The notes: generated from the letters alone by a model not told the origin. DNA of 64,000 nt from an uncultured Eubacteriales bacterium (GCA_900548115.1 URJL01000004.1:7101-71100), one strand, 5' to 3'; shown: positions 9,515 through 19,204, counted from the first letter of the stretch. A program made the numbers and translations.

Positions 9515-10624
9515 ATGGAAAAGACAAAGCTTCGTTCGCTTGCGGGTATTCTTGCCGTTTCGGCGGTTTGGGGAACGCTTTCGGTTTGGAATTTTATAAA
9601 ACCCGCCGATACGTATTCTCTTTCGGAACGGCGAAAGCTTGCCCAAAAGCCCGCCTTTTCGGCGGAATCGATCCTGAGCGGCGACTATATGACCCGGTTT
9701 GACAAGGCGGCGCCCGATCAATTTCCCCTTCGCGAAAGCTTTCGCACGCTCAAGGCGGTGACGGCGCTGTATGCGCTCGGGAAAAAAGAAAATAACGGGA
9801 TCTATATCGCCGACGGCTATGCCGCAAAGCTCGAATATCCTCTGCGCGATGCGTCGGTGAAAGGAGCGGTCGAAAAGATCTCCGATCTTTACGAAACCTA
9901 TTGTAAAGATAAGGCAAACAACGTGTACTTCTCGATCGTGCCCGACAAGGGATACTTTCTCGCTCCGAAATATTCTTATCCGCATATGGATTACGACGCT
10001 CTTGCAAAAGAGCTTACAAACGGACTTTCGTTCGCCGAATATATCGATCTTTATCCGACTCTGTCGCTCTCGGATTACTATAAGACCGACACGCACTGGA
10101 GTCAGGTAAGAATCCTTCCCGCCGCGAATCGCTTGTCGACCGCGATGGGCGGAAGCGAGCTTACCGATTATACGGTAAAGTCCTTTGCTACTCCGTTTTA
10201 CGGTGTTTATTACGGGCAGGCAGCGCTTCCCATGAAGCCCGATACGATCTCTTATATCGAGACCGAGACGATGAAAAACGCGCTCGTTCAAAATGTCGAG
10301 AACGGCAAAAAATACACGGGCGTTTGGGAGACGGAAAAGCTTGAAAGCAGCGACCCGTATGAGGTCTTTCTCTCGGGGGCGGCGGCGGTCGTTTACGTGG
10401 AAAACCCGGATGCCGAAACCGACCGCGAGCTTATATTGTTCCGCGATTCCTTCGGAAGCAGTATAGCGCCGCTTCTTTTGCACAACTACAAAAAAATTAC
10501 CCTTGTCGACACGCGCTATGTCCGACCGTCGCTCCTCGGAAAGCTTGTTGACTTTGAAGGAGCGGATGTACTGTTTTTATATAGCACGCTGATACTCAAC
10601 CAAAGCGAGGCTTTGCAAAGCTGA
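9515..10624 (+). CDS. DHHW-family protein (AlgX/AlgJ-like partner of MBOAT)
   Basis: N-terminal anchor, YYKTDTHWS motif (DHHW signature position). Lies 18 nt downstream of the MBOAT gene. Confidence 0.8.
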   Translation: MEKTKLRSLAGILAVSAVWGTLSVWNFIKPADTYSLSERRKLAQKPAFSAESILSGDYMTRFDKAAPDQFPLRESFRTLKAVTALYALGKKENNGIYIADGYAAKLEYPLRDASVKGAVEKISDLYETYCKDKANNVYFSIVPDKGYFLAPKYSYPHMDYDALAKELTNGLSFAEYIDLYPTLSLSDYYKTDTHWSQVRILPAANRLSTAMGGSELTDYTVKSFATPFYGVYYGQAALPMKPDTISYIETETMKNALVQNVENGKKYTGVWETEKLESSDPYEVFLSGAAAVVYVENPDAETDRELILFRDSFGSSIAPLLLHNYKKITLVDTRYVRPSLLGKLVDFEGADVLFLYSTLILNQSEALQS

Positions 10625-10633
10625 CCGTAAAAA

Positions 10634-10660
10634 GCGTCCCTTTCGAAGGGACGCTTTTTT
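10634..10660 (+). terminator. rho-independent terminator
   Basis: GCGTCCC...GGGACGC stem followed by T6. Confidence 0.7.
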
Positions 10661-10691
10661 ATGCCGTTTTGCTTTAAAAAGGAAAAATGGG

Positions 10692-10720
10692 TTGCAATTG
10701 CGCAAAGAGTGTGATACAAT
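10692..10720 (+). promoter_or_regulatory. sigmaA-type promoter
   Basis: TTGCAA-17 nt-TACAAT, 55 nt upstream of the SGNH gene. Confidence 0.5.
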
Positions 10721-10774
10721 GAACGCGACACGAAAAAACGGCGGTCTCCGCCGAAAAAGCAAGGAGAAAACGAT

Positions 10775-11554
10775 ATGTTTACATTGGTTAGAGAAAATGA
10801 AAAGCCGCTCGATATCGTCTCGGAAAACGGGGGATATACGGCGATTTTCCGCACAATTGCCTGTATCGGCGACAGCCTTTCCTCGGGCGAATTCGAATCG
10901 GACGCGGGGGACGGCAAAAGCAATTATCACGATATGTTCGAGTATTCCTGGGGACAGTTTATCGCCCGCATGTGCGGAAGCACGGTCTATAATCTTTCAC
11001 GCGGCGGCATGACCGCGTCGGAATTTTGCCAAAGCTTTGCCGATAATATGGGCTTTTGGAACGCAAAATACGCGTCGCAGGCGTATATTGTCGCACTCGG
11101 CGTAAACGACCTTTTCGGACAAAACCAGACGATCGGCTCGACCGCAGACATTTGCGACGATGACCCCGAAAAGAACGAAACGACTTTCGCAGGCTATTAC
11201 GCAAAAATTCTCCAAAAAATGAAAAAGATCCAGCCCCGTGCCAAATTCTTTCTCATGACCATGCCGAAGGAGTCGCATGACAACGAGGAAAGAACGCAGA
11301 AAAAGCTTGCGCACCGCACGCTTCTTTACGATTTTGCAAAGAAGTTTGAGAATACCTACGTTCTCGACCTGTACGAATATGCGCCTGTCTATGACGAGGA
11401 GTTCAAACGCTGCATGTTTATGCGCGGACATTTGAACCCGATGGGATATCTTTACACGGCGCGCCTTGTTTCGTCGTATATCGATTACATCATCCGTAAA
11501 AACCCCGAGGATTTTGCCGAGGTCGGCTTTATCGGCACAAGCCTTTATCGCTGA
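10775..11554 (+). CDS. SGNH/GDSL hydrolase (esterase)
   Basis: Block I ACIGDSLSSGE, block III GVNDLF, block V GHLNP. Confidence 0.8.
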   Translation: MFTLVRENEKPLDIVSENGGYTAIFRTIACIGDSLSSGEFESDAGDGKSNYHDMFEYSWGQFIARMCGSTVYNLSRGGMTASEFCQSFADNMGFWNAKYASQAYIVALGVNDLFGQNQTIGSTADICDDDPEKNETTFAGYYAKILQKMKKIQPRAKFFLMTMPKESHDNEERTQKKLAHRTLLYDFAKKFENTYVLDLYEYAPVYDEEFKRCMFMRGHLNPMGYLYTARLVSSYIDYIIRKNPEDFAEVGFIGTSLYR

Positions 11555-11562
11555 AAACAAAA

Positions 11563-11590
11563 AGACCGCGGAGCGTATCCGCGGTCTTTT
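11563..11590. terminator. hairpin terminator between convergent genes
   Basis: AGACCGCGG/CCGCGGTCT stem followed by TTTT. Confidence 0.6.
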
Positions 11591-11617
11591 GCTGCCATAC
11601 AGCCGCCGATTTACAGT

Positions 11618-11938
11618 TCATACCTTTTTCTTCGGCTTCGGCAGCGGCGTGATCTCGATAAGAAGCGGGATCAGCCGATCGTTAAGCTCGCTGTTCTCAA
11701 TGTCCAAAATGTAATACTCTTTTGCTCCTTCATACGGATATCCGCTTGGCGCATCCTCCGGAAGAAGTGCGGAGACCTCGGGAAGTTTTTTTACAAAAAC
11801 TGTGTTGTCGCACACCAAAAGGATCGGACGGTCATTCAGATAAACCATATATTCTCCGAACATCTTCCTTGCGCGCACCTCGCCGTATCGAAAAACACAA
11901 TCGCAGACAAAAGCAACATAGTCCTTTGTCGTTGCCAT
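11618..11938 (-). CDS. TfoX N-terminal-domain family protein
   Basis: MATTKDYVAFVCD...KMFGEYMVYLNDRPILLVCDNTVFVK matches the TfoX_N pattern. GGAGG RBS before ATG 11938. The longer upstream ORF extension is poly-F junk. Confidence 0.7.
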   Translation of the reverse strand: MATTKDYVAFVCDCVFRYGEVRARKMFGEYMVYLNDRPILLVCDNTVFVKKLPEVSALLPEDAPSGYPYEGAKEYYILDIENSELNDRLIPLLIEITPLPKPKKKV

Positions 11939-12006
11939 ATTACCGCCTCCTTTTCTTTCAGATACGGTCATTATATAAAAAATCGGGAAAAAAGTCAAGA
12001 AAACGC

Positions 12007-12035
12007 TTGCACAAAGGGGGTTTTCGGTGTATACT
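12007..12035 (+). promoter_or_regulatory. sigmaA-type promoter
   Basis: TTGCAC-17 nt-TATACT upstream of the 12091 gene. Confidence 0.45.
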
Positions 12036-12090
12036 GAAAACAATTCCGATAGGAAAAAGAAAAAAGTGAAAAAGAAAAAGGAGAGAAAAA

Positions 12091-13245
12091 ATGGATTTTG
12101 CTCCCTATATATTCGAGCGCGATTCTCTTTGCAATACACGCTCTTGCCTTGAAAAAGCAAAAAAACTCCGCATCGCCTATTTCGGCGGTTCGGTTACGGC
12201 GGGTTACGGAGCACAGGATTTTGACGTTCACGGAAGTGCGGTCGATAAAAGCTCGTGGCGTGCCAAAATGACCGCTTGGCTAAAGGAACGGTATCCCGAA
12301 GCCGACATCGAAAGTATATATGCCGCCATCGGCGAGAGCGGAACCTATCTCGGCACCTATCGCCTTTACGATCATGTGATCGCAAAAGACCCCGATCTTG
12401 CCTTTGTTGAATTTGCCATCAACGACACCTATGGCGGATTTGACCGCGAGCGAGCCGCCTATCAGTTCGAGACCATCGTGCGCGAGCTTCGCACGGCAAA
12501 GCCGTTTTGTGACATAATCGTGCTTATCAGCGGAGATCGAAACGTCTTTGAACGATACGACGGCTTTTTTCCGACGGCGCAGGGACATGCGGACATTGCA
12601 AAGGCATACGGTCTGCCGCTTGTTTACATGGGACGCGCTCTTTACGATCATATCAAACAGGAAGACATTCCGTGGCAGACGTATTATGTTGACGGGGTAC
12701 ACCCGAACAACGCGGGCTACGCCTTCTATTTTGACGTAATCAAGACCTATATGCAAAAAGCGCTTGCCGACGCGTCCGTGTTTTGCGAACCGCGCGCGCA
12801 TACCGTGCCGAAAAGCATCGTGAGCGAGCATCTTCTCGACGGAGACCGAAAGCTCGTTTACGCGTCGCATACCATGCTGCGCGAGAGTCCGGGCTGGTAT
12901 TACAGCGACAAAAACGTCAATACGACGCTTTCAAAGACCGGTTCGGTCGCCGCGGCGATTCGCCGCGGCATGCCGTCTTTTTCCTATACCTTTAGCGGAA
13001 CGGAGTTTGCGGTGTTTACCAACCTTTACGGCGATCGGAAATACGAATACTCGGTCGACCGCGGGGGATGGAAGGAAGCGATCTTTTCCAAGCACAACCC
13101 CACGACCGTCGTGACGGGACTTGCGAGCGGCACGCACCGTATTGCAATACACCCGCTCCCGTCGGAGGAAGAAAACGCCGAGAATGAAATGTATATCGCC
13201 GCCGTTATGTTCCGCGACGAGACAAAACAAACGGTACGAGAATAA
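12091..13245 (+). CDS. SGNH hydrolase with C-terminal beta-sandwich; stand-alone paralogue of the last module of the giant protein
   Basis: YFGGSVTAGYGA, IGESGTYLG, AINDTYGG and GVHPN blocks. About two-thirds identity by hand alignment to residues encoded at 35770-36850. Confidence 0.8.
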   Translation: MDFAPYIFERDSLCNTRSCLEKAKKLRIAYFGGSVTAGYGAQDFDVHGSAVDKSSWRAKMTAWLKERYPEADIESIYAAIGESGTYLGTYRLYDHVIAKDPDLAFVEFAINDTYGGFDRERAAYQFETIVRELRTAKPFCDIIVLISGDRNVFERYDGFFPTAQGHADIAKAYGLPLVYMGRALYDHIKQEDIPWQTYYVDGVHPNNAGYAFYFDVIKTYMQKALADASVFCEPRAHTVPKSIVSEHLLDGDRKLVYASHTMLRESPGWYYSDKNVNTTLSKTGSVAAAIRRGMPSFSYTFSGTEFAVFTNLYGDRKYEYSVDRGGWKEAIFSKHNPTTVVTGLASGTHRIAIHPLPSEEENAENEMYIAAVMFRDETKQTVRE

Positions 13246-13250
13246 AAAAG

Positions 13251-13287
13251 TACGCCCCCGCAAAAAATGCGGAGGCGTATTGCTTTT
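13251..13287. terminator. bidirectional hairpin terminator
   Basis: TACGCCCCCGC/GCGGAGGCGTA stem (one mismatch), flanked by an A-run on one side and a T-run on the other, between convergent genes. Confidence 0.6.
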
Positions 13288-13297
13288 GTCTGTAGTT

Positions 13298-14296
13298 TCA
13301 GTCCACCGTAATGATCAGCGCATGTCCCTTATCGTACATGTTGCCTGTCAGAACGTATTGGGGAATCACGGTTTTTTTGCCGTCGGGCGTTTCGGCGAGA
13401 ATCTCGGTGTAGAAGTCGCTGTGCCAATGCCCGCAGAAAATACCGCGGATAACGTCGGCATTATGGGTCACAAGGTTGTAAAACTCTAAGGATTCGGCGC
13501 ATGTCTGCCCATCCTTCCCGATAAAATTGTGACAGAAATCGCGCGTGCCCGAACCGTCGTTCACGCGAATCGGCACAACGTCGACCTCGTTCGGATTGCG
13601 CGTACAGATCGGCTCGTGCCAGAAAAGAAGTACGATGTGTCCGCGCGCCCGCGCGTCGGAAATATCGGCACGCAGCCTTTCGGTTTGATGCGAGAAAAAG
13701 CGCGATTGCCCGTTGTTGATCGCAACGACACGCACCTTGTCGCCGAGAACACGCGAGACATAATGAATGTCGTGACGCCAGTTTTCGGAAAGCAGCGCAT
13801 AGCGCGATTCAAGCGTGGTGTCGTCGGGCACTTTGCCCTGCATAACGCGGGTGATGTCGTGTCCGCCGATCGTGACGAACGCGTCGGGGCATACATCCCA
13901 GACAAGACGTTTCGTCAGATCAAAGGTTCCGTGTGTAATATAATCGAGTGTGTCGCCCGTGACGACTGTCTGATCAAAAAACTTCGAGAGAGCCATGGTG
14001 CGCACGGTATTCGGAACGGTGCTTCCGTCGCGAAATCCGAGACGAAATTCCCGCGTGCTTAAAATGCAGGGACGACGCTCGATACAGTCGACGGCGTCAA
14101 GGCAGTTTAAATGAAGGTCGGTCGTATGCAGTATCTCGATCGGATCGCCGCCCTTTTCGGTGTCAAAATGCGCCGTGCGGAACATTATCCCCTCGTTTTC
14201 AAGACGGAAAATGTGTCTGCGCGGATCGGCGCCGCTTCCCTCAATATCGGTTCTTTCCGCCGCAAAATAGGCGGATTTTTCTTCGGACTTTATCAT
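13298..14296 (-). CDS. calcineurin-like metallophosphoesterase
   Basis: Motifs DLHLN, GDTLDY, GGHD, WHEP and GHWH. AGGAG RBS before ATG 14296. The upstream extension of the ORF was rejected. Confidence 0.75.
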   Translation of the reverse strand: MIKSEEKSAYFAAERTDIEGSGADPRRHIFRLENEGIMFRTAHFDTEKGGDPIEILHTTDLHLNCLDAVDCIERRPCILSTREFRLGFRDGSTVPNTVRTMALSKFFDQTVVTGDTLDYITHGTFDLTKRLVWDVCPDAFVTIGGHDITRVMQGKVPDDTTLESRYALLSENWRHDIHYVSRVLGDKVRVVAINNGQSRFFSHQTERLRADISDARARGHIVLLFWHEPICTRNPNEVDVVPIRVNDGSGTRDFCHNFIGKDGQTCAESLEFYNLVTHNADVIRGIFCGHWHSDFYTEILAETPDGKKTVIPQYVLTGNMYDKGHALIITVD

Positions 14297-14405
14297 AATA
14301 CGCTCCTTGAACTTCTTTCTGTGATGATTGTAATACGGATTATGAGAAAAGTCAAGAAAAAGTTGCGTAAAAAGAAGATTCGAAAAAATTTCGTTTGTCG
14401 GTCGA

Positions 14406-14434
14406 TTGACAGGCGCGGTTTTGTTTGTTACAAT
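14406..14434 (+). promoter_or_regulatory. near-consensus sigmaA-type promoter
   Basis: TTGACA-17 nt-TACAAT. Confidence 0.55.
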
Positions 14435-14460
14435 CGTCGCAGACAGAGGGAGGTGTTTCG

Positions 14461-15663
14461 GTGGAAGAATATGTAAGAGTCGACAAAATGGACGGACGGG
14501 ATGATGCCGAACAAATTCAAAATGCCGTAGCCGAAGCAAAAAGAACGGGTGTCAACCGTATTGTCGTACCGCAGCGCAACGAGCGTACGGGAAGAGAGAT
14601 ATGGGATATTTCCCACACGATTTATCTGCCGAGCGACATTGAGGTCGTTCTTTATAACGCACATCTCCGTCTTGCCGACAATTCCTTTTGCAATATGTTT
14701 TCCAATGAAAATATATTGCACGGCATTGCGCGGACAAAGGACGGCGAACAAAGGAATATCCGAATACACGGAATCGGAAATGCGATTTTGGATGGCGGAG
14801 AGTATAACGGTCTTTCCGAAAGGAATAGCGAAAAGGATGGGCTGCCGAGTATTTTGGTCAACACGACGCTCTTGTTTTTTAATGTCTCGAATCTTTGCGT
14901 TGAAAACCTTTCGATCATCAATCAACGGTGGTGGGGAATGACCAACATTTTTGTGCGCGATTCGGTTTTCCGCGGCATACGCTTTGAAGCCGATCTTTCG
15001 TGGGTCGATGAAAACGGGGTGCATCATCCGGAGGGCTTTTCCCGAGATCGCGGCGAAATTTACGTCCGTAATGCCGACGGTATCGATCTTCGTATCGGCT
15101 GTCACGATATACGGATCGAAAACATCTCGGGATTTACCGAGGACGATACGGTTGCGCTCACCGCACTCGGCGGTTTTGAGCGACAGAACGGGCTGATCGT
15201 TGAGGGAGAACCCTGCGATATTCATGATGTAAAAATCCGCAATGTTGCGAGCGACAGTCATGTTTGTGCAGTCGTGCGGCTTCTTAACGATGAAGGAAAC
15301 AAGCTGTACAACATCGACATCGACGGCGTGACGCATATGCGCTGCGGAAAGCATAACGATAAGGCGCGCTACGTCATCCGTATCGGCGACATGGCATATG
15401 CAAATGAACACAGCACGCTCGGAGATACACATCATATCTCCATTCGCAATGTCTTTTCGCACGGCACGTATGCGATCAGCCTTTGCAAGGGTCTGAGCGA
15501 CTCGACAATCGACAACGTCGTTGTCGCAAGCGATGGGAATTATGGCTTCGGCGGCGTCGAAAACGGCCGAGCGGTTATAAAGAACGTTCGTTTCGGAGAC
15601 TTTTTCCTGCTTTCCGAAAACGCAAGCGCGTTTCGCGAGGGTAGCTTTGCCGAGGAAGAATAA
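14461..15663 (+). CDS. right-handed beta-helix protein, GH28-like glycoside hydrolase
   Basis: RNADGIDL...ENISGFTEDDTVAL resembles the GH28 NTDGID/GDD catalytic strands. GTG start 7 nt after GGGAGG. Confidence 0.6.
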   Translation: MEEYVRVDKMDGRDDAEQIQNAVAEAKRTGVNRIVVPQRNERTGREIWDISHTIYLPSDIEVVLYNAHLRLADNSFCNMFSNENILHGIARTKDGEQRNIRIHGIGNAILDGGEYNGLSERNSEKDGLPSILVNTTLLFFNVSNLCVENLSIINQRWWGMTNIFVRDSVFRGIRFEADLSWVDENGVHHPEGFSRDRGEIYVRNADGIDLRIGCHDIRIENISGFTEDDTVALTALGGFERQNGLIVEGEPCDIHDVKIRNVASDSHVCAVVRLLNDEGNKLYNIDIDGVTHMRCGKHNDKARYVIRIGDMAYANEHSTLGDTHHISIRNVFSHGTYAISLCKGLSDSTIDNVVVASDGNYGFGGVENGRAVIKNVRFGDFFLLSENASAFREGSFAEEE

Positions 15664-15769
15664 AGAAATTTTTCGCAGCGGATGAGAATGTTCCGAATCC
15701 TCTTGAAAAACAGCCAATAATTTGATACAATAAAGAAAAATCCAAAAAAGACGGATAAGGAGTAAAAAT

Positions 15770-16525
15770 ATGGATAATCTGAACGGACTCAAGATTGCGG
15801 CGCGTGTTAACGGTCAGCCGATTACCGAAGCGGATATCGACGCGGCGCTCGTCGGAATGGGTGCCAAGGGCGAACGGTACAACACGCCCGACGGCAGAAA
15901 AATGGTGCTGGAGCAGCTCATCAATAAAAAGCTGTTTTTGGCGGACGCGGCGAAGAATCTTTACGAATACGACCCGCAGTTCAAAGCGGAATTTCAAAAG
16001 CTCAAAGAGGACATGCTTGCTAATTTTGCCATCGCCAAGGCGGTGGACGGCGTTCGCGTGACCGATGAGGAAGCTAAGAAGTTCTTTGAGGAAAACGAGA
16101 AAGACTTAAACTCCGGCGAATCGGTCAGCGCAAGTCATATTCTCGTGGACAGCGAAGAAAAGGCAAACGAGATCAAGGCAGAGATTGAAAGCGGCGCTGT
16201 CTCCTTTGAGGATGCGGCGCGCAAATACAGCTCCTGCCCCTCGTCCGAGCAGGGCGGCGCGCTGGGCGAATTTACCCGCGGACAAATGGTTCCCGAATTC
16301 GACGAGGCATGCTTCTCCATGAAAGTCGGAGAGCTTCGCGGCCCCGTAAAAACGCAGTTCGGCTATCACCTTATCAAGCTCAACGACAAAAAGGAAGCGA
16401 CTCCTTTGAAATATGAGGACATTGCCGATCAGATTAAGCAAAAGCTTCTGACCGACAAGCAGCAGGCGGCGTACCGCTCGAAGGTCAATCAGCTCAAGAT
16501 ACTCTATCCGGTGGATATTCTTTAA
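15770..16525 (+). CDS. parvulin-type peptidyl-prolyl cis-trans isomerase (PrsA/SurA-like)
   Basis: SASHILV...FGYHLIKL rotamase domain preceded by a SurA_N-like helical region. Confidence 0.85.
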   Translation: MDNLNGLKIAARVNGQPITEADIDAALVGMGAKGERYNTPDGRKMVLEQLINKKLFLADAAKNLYEYDPQFKAEFQKLKEDMLANFAIAKAVDGVRVTDEEAKKFFEENEKDLNSGESVSASHILVDSEEKANEIKAEIESGAVSFEDAARKYSSCPSSEQGGALGEFTRGQMVPEFDEACFSMKVGELRGPVKTQFGYHLIKLNDKKEATPLKYEDIADQIKQKLLTDKQQAAYRSKVNQLKILYPVDIL

Positions 16526-16538
16526 AAGACAAAAAACA

Positions 16539-16562
16539 CGGCGGCAAGCATCCTTGCCGCCG
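16539..16562. terminator. GC-rich hairpin; the T-run is on the minus strand only
   Basis: CGGCGGCAAG/CTTGCCGCCG stem. Its complement is followed by TGTTTTTTGTCTTTT, so it probably terminates the GH30 gene. Confidence 0.5.
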
Positions 16563-16762
16563 AAATTCGTTTATAAAGGGAAAAACGTATGAGGAGACGC
16601 AGAAGGAAAGCGCGGGACTTTTGTACACTGTGAAGCATTACGTACCCGAGCGCGGTGAATTTTCTTTTCCCGACGCAGCGCTTTCCCGCACGGCGTTCTT
16701 TCGCATTGACGTGACCGAACGGAGCGCAAAGGAACACGGAATGCGCCAAACGAAACCGAGGA

Positions 16763-18121
16763 TCACGATGCGGATTCGGAAAAGACGAGCGTGCTTATCG
16801 AATCGGGTGGGAGAGCCGCATACCACCATTTGCCGCGGAAGAAATATTGAATCCGAACCGATTCGGAGCGGGGGTTGACCAGCTCCACGGTGTGCGAACC
16901 GTCGGGATTTACCGCTGCCACAACGCCGAGCGGTTCCGTGCCGTTCGGATAAGCGAAATATCCCGTACAGCCCTCGGCGGACTTTGCGGAATAGATCGAA
17001 GCGCCTTTTTGAATGTGGCGGGAAAAATGGCGTAACGCCCGATACTGACCGCTGTATGAAAGCGCCTGCGTTTCGCGGTTCAACGTCACAAGTCCTCCGC
17101 AGAAAAACGGACCGACGTTCGGACCGCCGCATTCGTCCAATAAAAGATTCCATCCCGTGAAGCTTTTGCAGCCGTGCGAAAGGGATCTTGCCGCGATAAC
17201 GCCCCATTTGCACCAATCGGTGTCATAGCGATCGTAAAGACGCGGACCGCCTTCGGTAAAATGCCAATCGAGGGCGGGAAAGGCTTTCCGAAAGGCTTCC
17301 GTCATGCTCGGTGACCCGCAGTAATAATGGAATGCGGCTCCGTTTACCGCTTCTTGCAGCGCGGGAAAATGAGACAATTGATAGAGCAGCCGCGAAACAT
17401 TCGAGAAATTGTGATCTAAGAGCAGAAGCGCGCACTTTTTGTCCCGCTCCGCAAGTTTTTTGCGCAAAACAAGCGCAAAATCCGCCTCGTCGTCGGGATG
17501 CCATATGCAGGCGGGCATTCGTCCGTCCTGATCTCCCTGACATTCGTTTTGCACGGTCAGAGCCGCGATCGGAATGCCTTCTTTTTCATAAGCTTCCAAA
17601 AACTTTAGAATATATTCGGCGTAACAGTCGATATATTCCCGCCGCATAAAGCCTCCGCTCATCGTACCGCTTGTTTTCATCCAACCGGGAGGACTCCACG
17701 GCGAGGCGATAAAATAAAGATCGGGACGCAGGAAGATGATCTCGTGCAGAACGGGAAGAATATACGCGCGATCCTTCTCGATCGAGAAGCTTTTCAGCGA
17801 CCGATCTTCTTTGACATCACAGTAGGAATACACATACGGCGAATAGTCGCTTGCACCGATTGAAAGTCTGCCGACCGAAAGACAAAGCCCGTCCGAACCG
17901 TAAAGGTCCTGCAAAAGGGCTTTTCTTTTTTCGTTTTCCAAAAGCGAAAGATTGTAACAGGAGCTTCCGGTGACGGCGACTCCGAAGCCCAAAAAGTTCT
18001 CGACTGTCGGTTCTTCGCAAAACGAGACGGTGAAAGCGTACGGGATCGGTTCATCGGACGGAAACAGCGGCGCTTCTTTGTATTTATGCGTCGAATCGGT
18101 AAAAAACAAGGATGCGTTCAT
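16763..18121 (-). CDS. glycoside hydrolase family 30 (glucosylceramidase-like)
   Basis: FGVAVTGSS, SPWSPPGWMK and TEGG motifs. AAGGAG RBS 7 nt before ATG 18121. Confidence 0.85.
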   Translation of the reverse strand: MNASLFFTDSTHKYKEAPLFPSDEPIPYAFTVSFCEEPTVENFLGFGVAVTGSSCYNLSLLENEKRKALLQDLYGSDGLCLSVGRLSIGASDYSPYVYSYCDVKEDRSLKSFSIEKDRAYILPVLHEIIFLRPDLYFIASPWSPPGWMKTSGTMSGGFMRREYIDCYAEYILKFLEAYEKEGIPIAALTVQNECQGDQDGRMPACIWHPDDEADFALVLRKKLAERDKKCALLLLDHNFSNVSRLLYQLSHFPALQEAVNGAAFHYYCGSPSMTEAFRKAFPALDWHFTEGGPRLYDRYDTDWCKWGVIAARSLSHGCKSFTGWNLLLDECGGPNVGPFFCGGLVTLNRETQALSYSGQYRALRHFSRHIQKGASIYSAKSAEGCTGYFAYPNGTEPLGVVAAVNPDGSHTVELVNPRSESVRIQYFFRGKWWYAALPPDSISTLVFSESAS

Positions 18122-18220
18122 AGGTATTCTCCTTACTTTAATTTTCTCCATTGTAGACCAAGTGCGGTTTTCGTTCCATGGAAAAAAACTTCTTATTTTT
18201 GTGTTTTTGCGTCACGGCTC

Positions 18221-18249
18221 TTGACGAAAACGCCTTTTTCTGTTATGTT
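18221..18249 (+). promoter_or_regulatory. sigmaA-type promoter
   Basis: TTGACG-17 nt-TATGTT upstream of the AraC gene. Confidence 0.4.
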
Positions 18250-18270
18250 AAAAGAAAAGGAGGAGAGCAA

Positions 18271-19047
18271 ATGGATAATTATACGGCTTCATTATTGCAT
18301 TATGCGGTGAACGAAGCTTTTTTACAGCACTGGAGCAGGAAAGATAAGTATTATGTGATGCGTGCGCGCCGAAGCTGCGGCCTTTTCTGTGTTGTAAGCG
18401 GCTCCGCACGCTATCGCAACGAAAATGCGGACGTTACCGCTATGCCGGGCGATGCTTTGCTGATACGCAAGAATTCATGCTATACCGCCTATTTCGAAAT
18501 GCCCGAAACGGTCGATTACCTGATCAATTTCGATTGCGACGGAGATATTTTTTCCGGTTGCACGGCGGATTTTGTTGTTTTCCGTCCGAAAAGATCCGAT
18601 GAATTTTTGTCGAACGTGGCGCATCTTGTTGAATGCATGAACCGCGGCGGAAACGCAAGGCATTGCCTTGCAAAAGCGCATTTTTATACTTTGCTGGACG
18701 CGCTTTTTTTGCCGACCGACGATGACAAGGAACTTTCGGAAGTCGTTCGCGCCGCGGAAAACGATACCGCTTTTGCTCTCGGGGAAAAGGAGTTGGCACG
18801 GAGTGTCGGCATGAGCGTTTCGACTTTCCGCCGAAATTTCTTTTCCGCAACCGGTATGAACCCTTCCGAGTATCGAAACGCGCTCCGAACGGCAAAGGCG
18901 AAGAGTCTTCTTTCCGACGGCAGCGAAAGTATCGAACGTATTGCCGAGCTTCTCGGATTTTGCGACGGAGCGTATTTCAGCCGCTTTTTCAAAAGACAAA
19001 CAGGTCTTTCGCCGAGTGCTTATCGTTTCCGAGCGCATGCACCGTAA
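18271..19047 (+). CDS. AraC-family transcriptional regulator
   Basis: C-terminal double HTH (..SVSTFRRNFFSATGMNPSEYR..GFCDGAYFSRFFKRQTGLSPSAYR). AGGAGGAG RBS before ATG 18271. Confidence 0.8.
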   Translation: MDNYTASLLHYAVNEAFLQHWSRKDKYYVMRARRSCGLFCVVSGSARYRNENADVTAMPGDALLIRKNSCYTAYFEMPETVDYLINFDCDGDIFSGCTADFVVFRPKRSDEFLSNVAHLVECMNRGGNARHCLAKAHFYTLLDALFLPTDDDKELSEVVRAAENDTAFALGEKELARSVGMSVSTFRRNFFSATGMNPSEYRNALRTAKAKSLLSDGSESIERIAELLGFCDGAYFSRFFKRQTGLSPSAYRFRAHAP

Positions 19048-19100
19048 GGTCGGATTCTTCACAGAAAGTACTTTAAATGTACTTTTTGCACGAATATCTC

Positions 19101-19129
19101 TTGCAATTTATCGGGAAATGTGGTATAAT
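19101..19129 (+). promoter_or_regulatory. sigmaA-type promoter with extended -10
   Basis: TTGCAA-17 nt-(TGG)TATAAT. Confidence 0.55.
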
Positions 19130-19204
19130 CCGATTGTTGTCGGCAAGAGTGTGTTTTGAAAAGCCGATAAAGGATTACAAAATGCTTTTTGGAGGATTTT
19201 TACA

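Noticed and set aside
8423-10483. 686-aa ORF on the minus strand
   Set aside because: It is antisense to the MBOAT and DHHW genes. Its composition is very basic (R/K/H-rich) and low-complexity, and it has no motifs.
14428-15792. 454-aa ORF on the minus strand
   Set aside because: It is antisense to the beta-helix (GH28-like) gene, which has family motifs and a proper promoter and RBS. The antisense product has no recognisable features.
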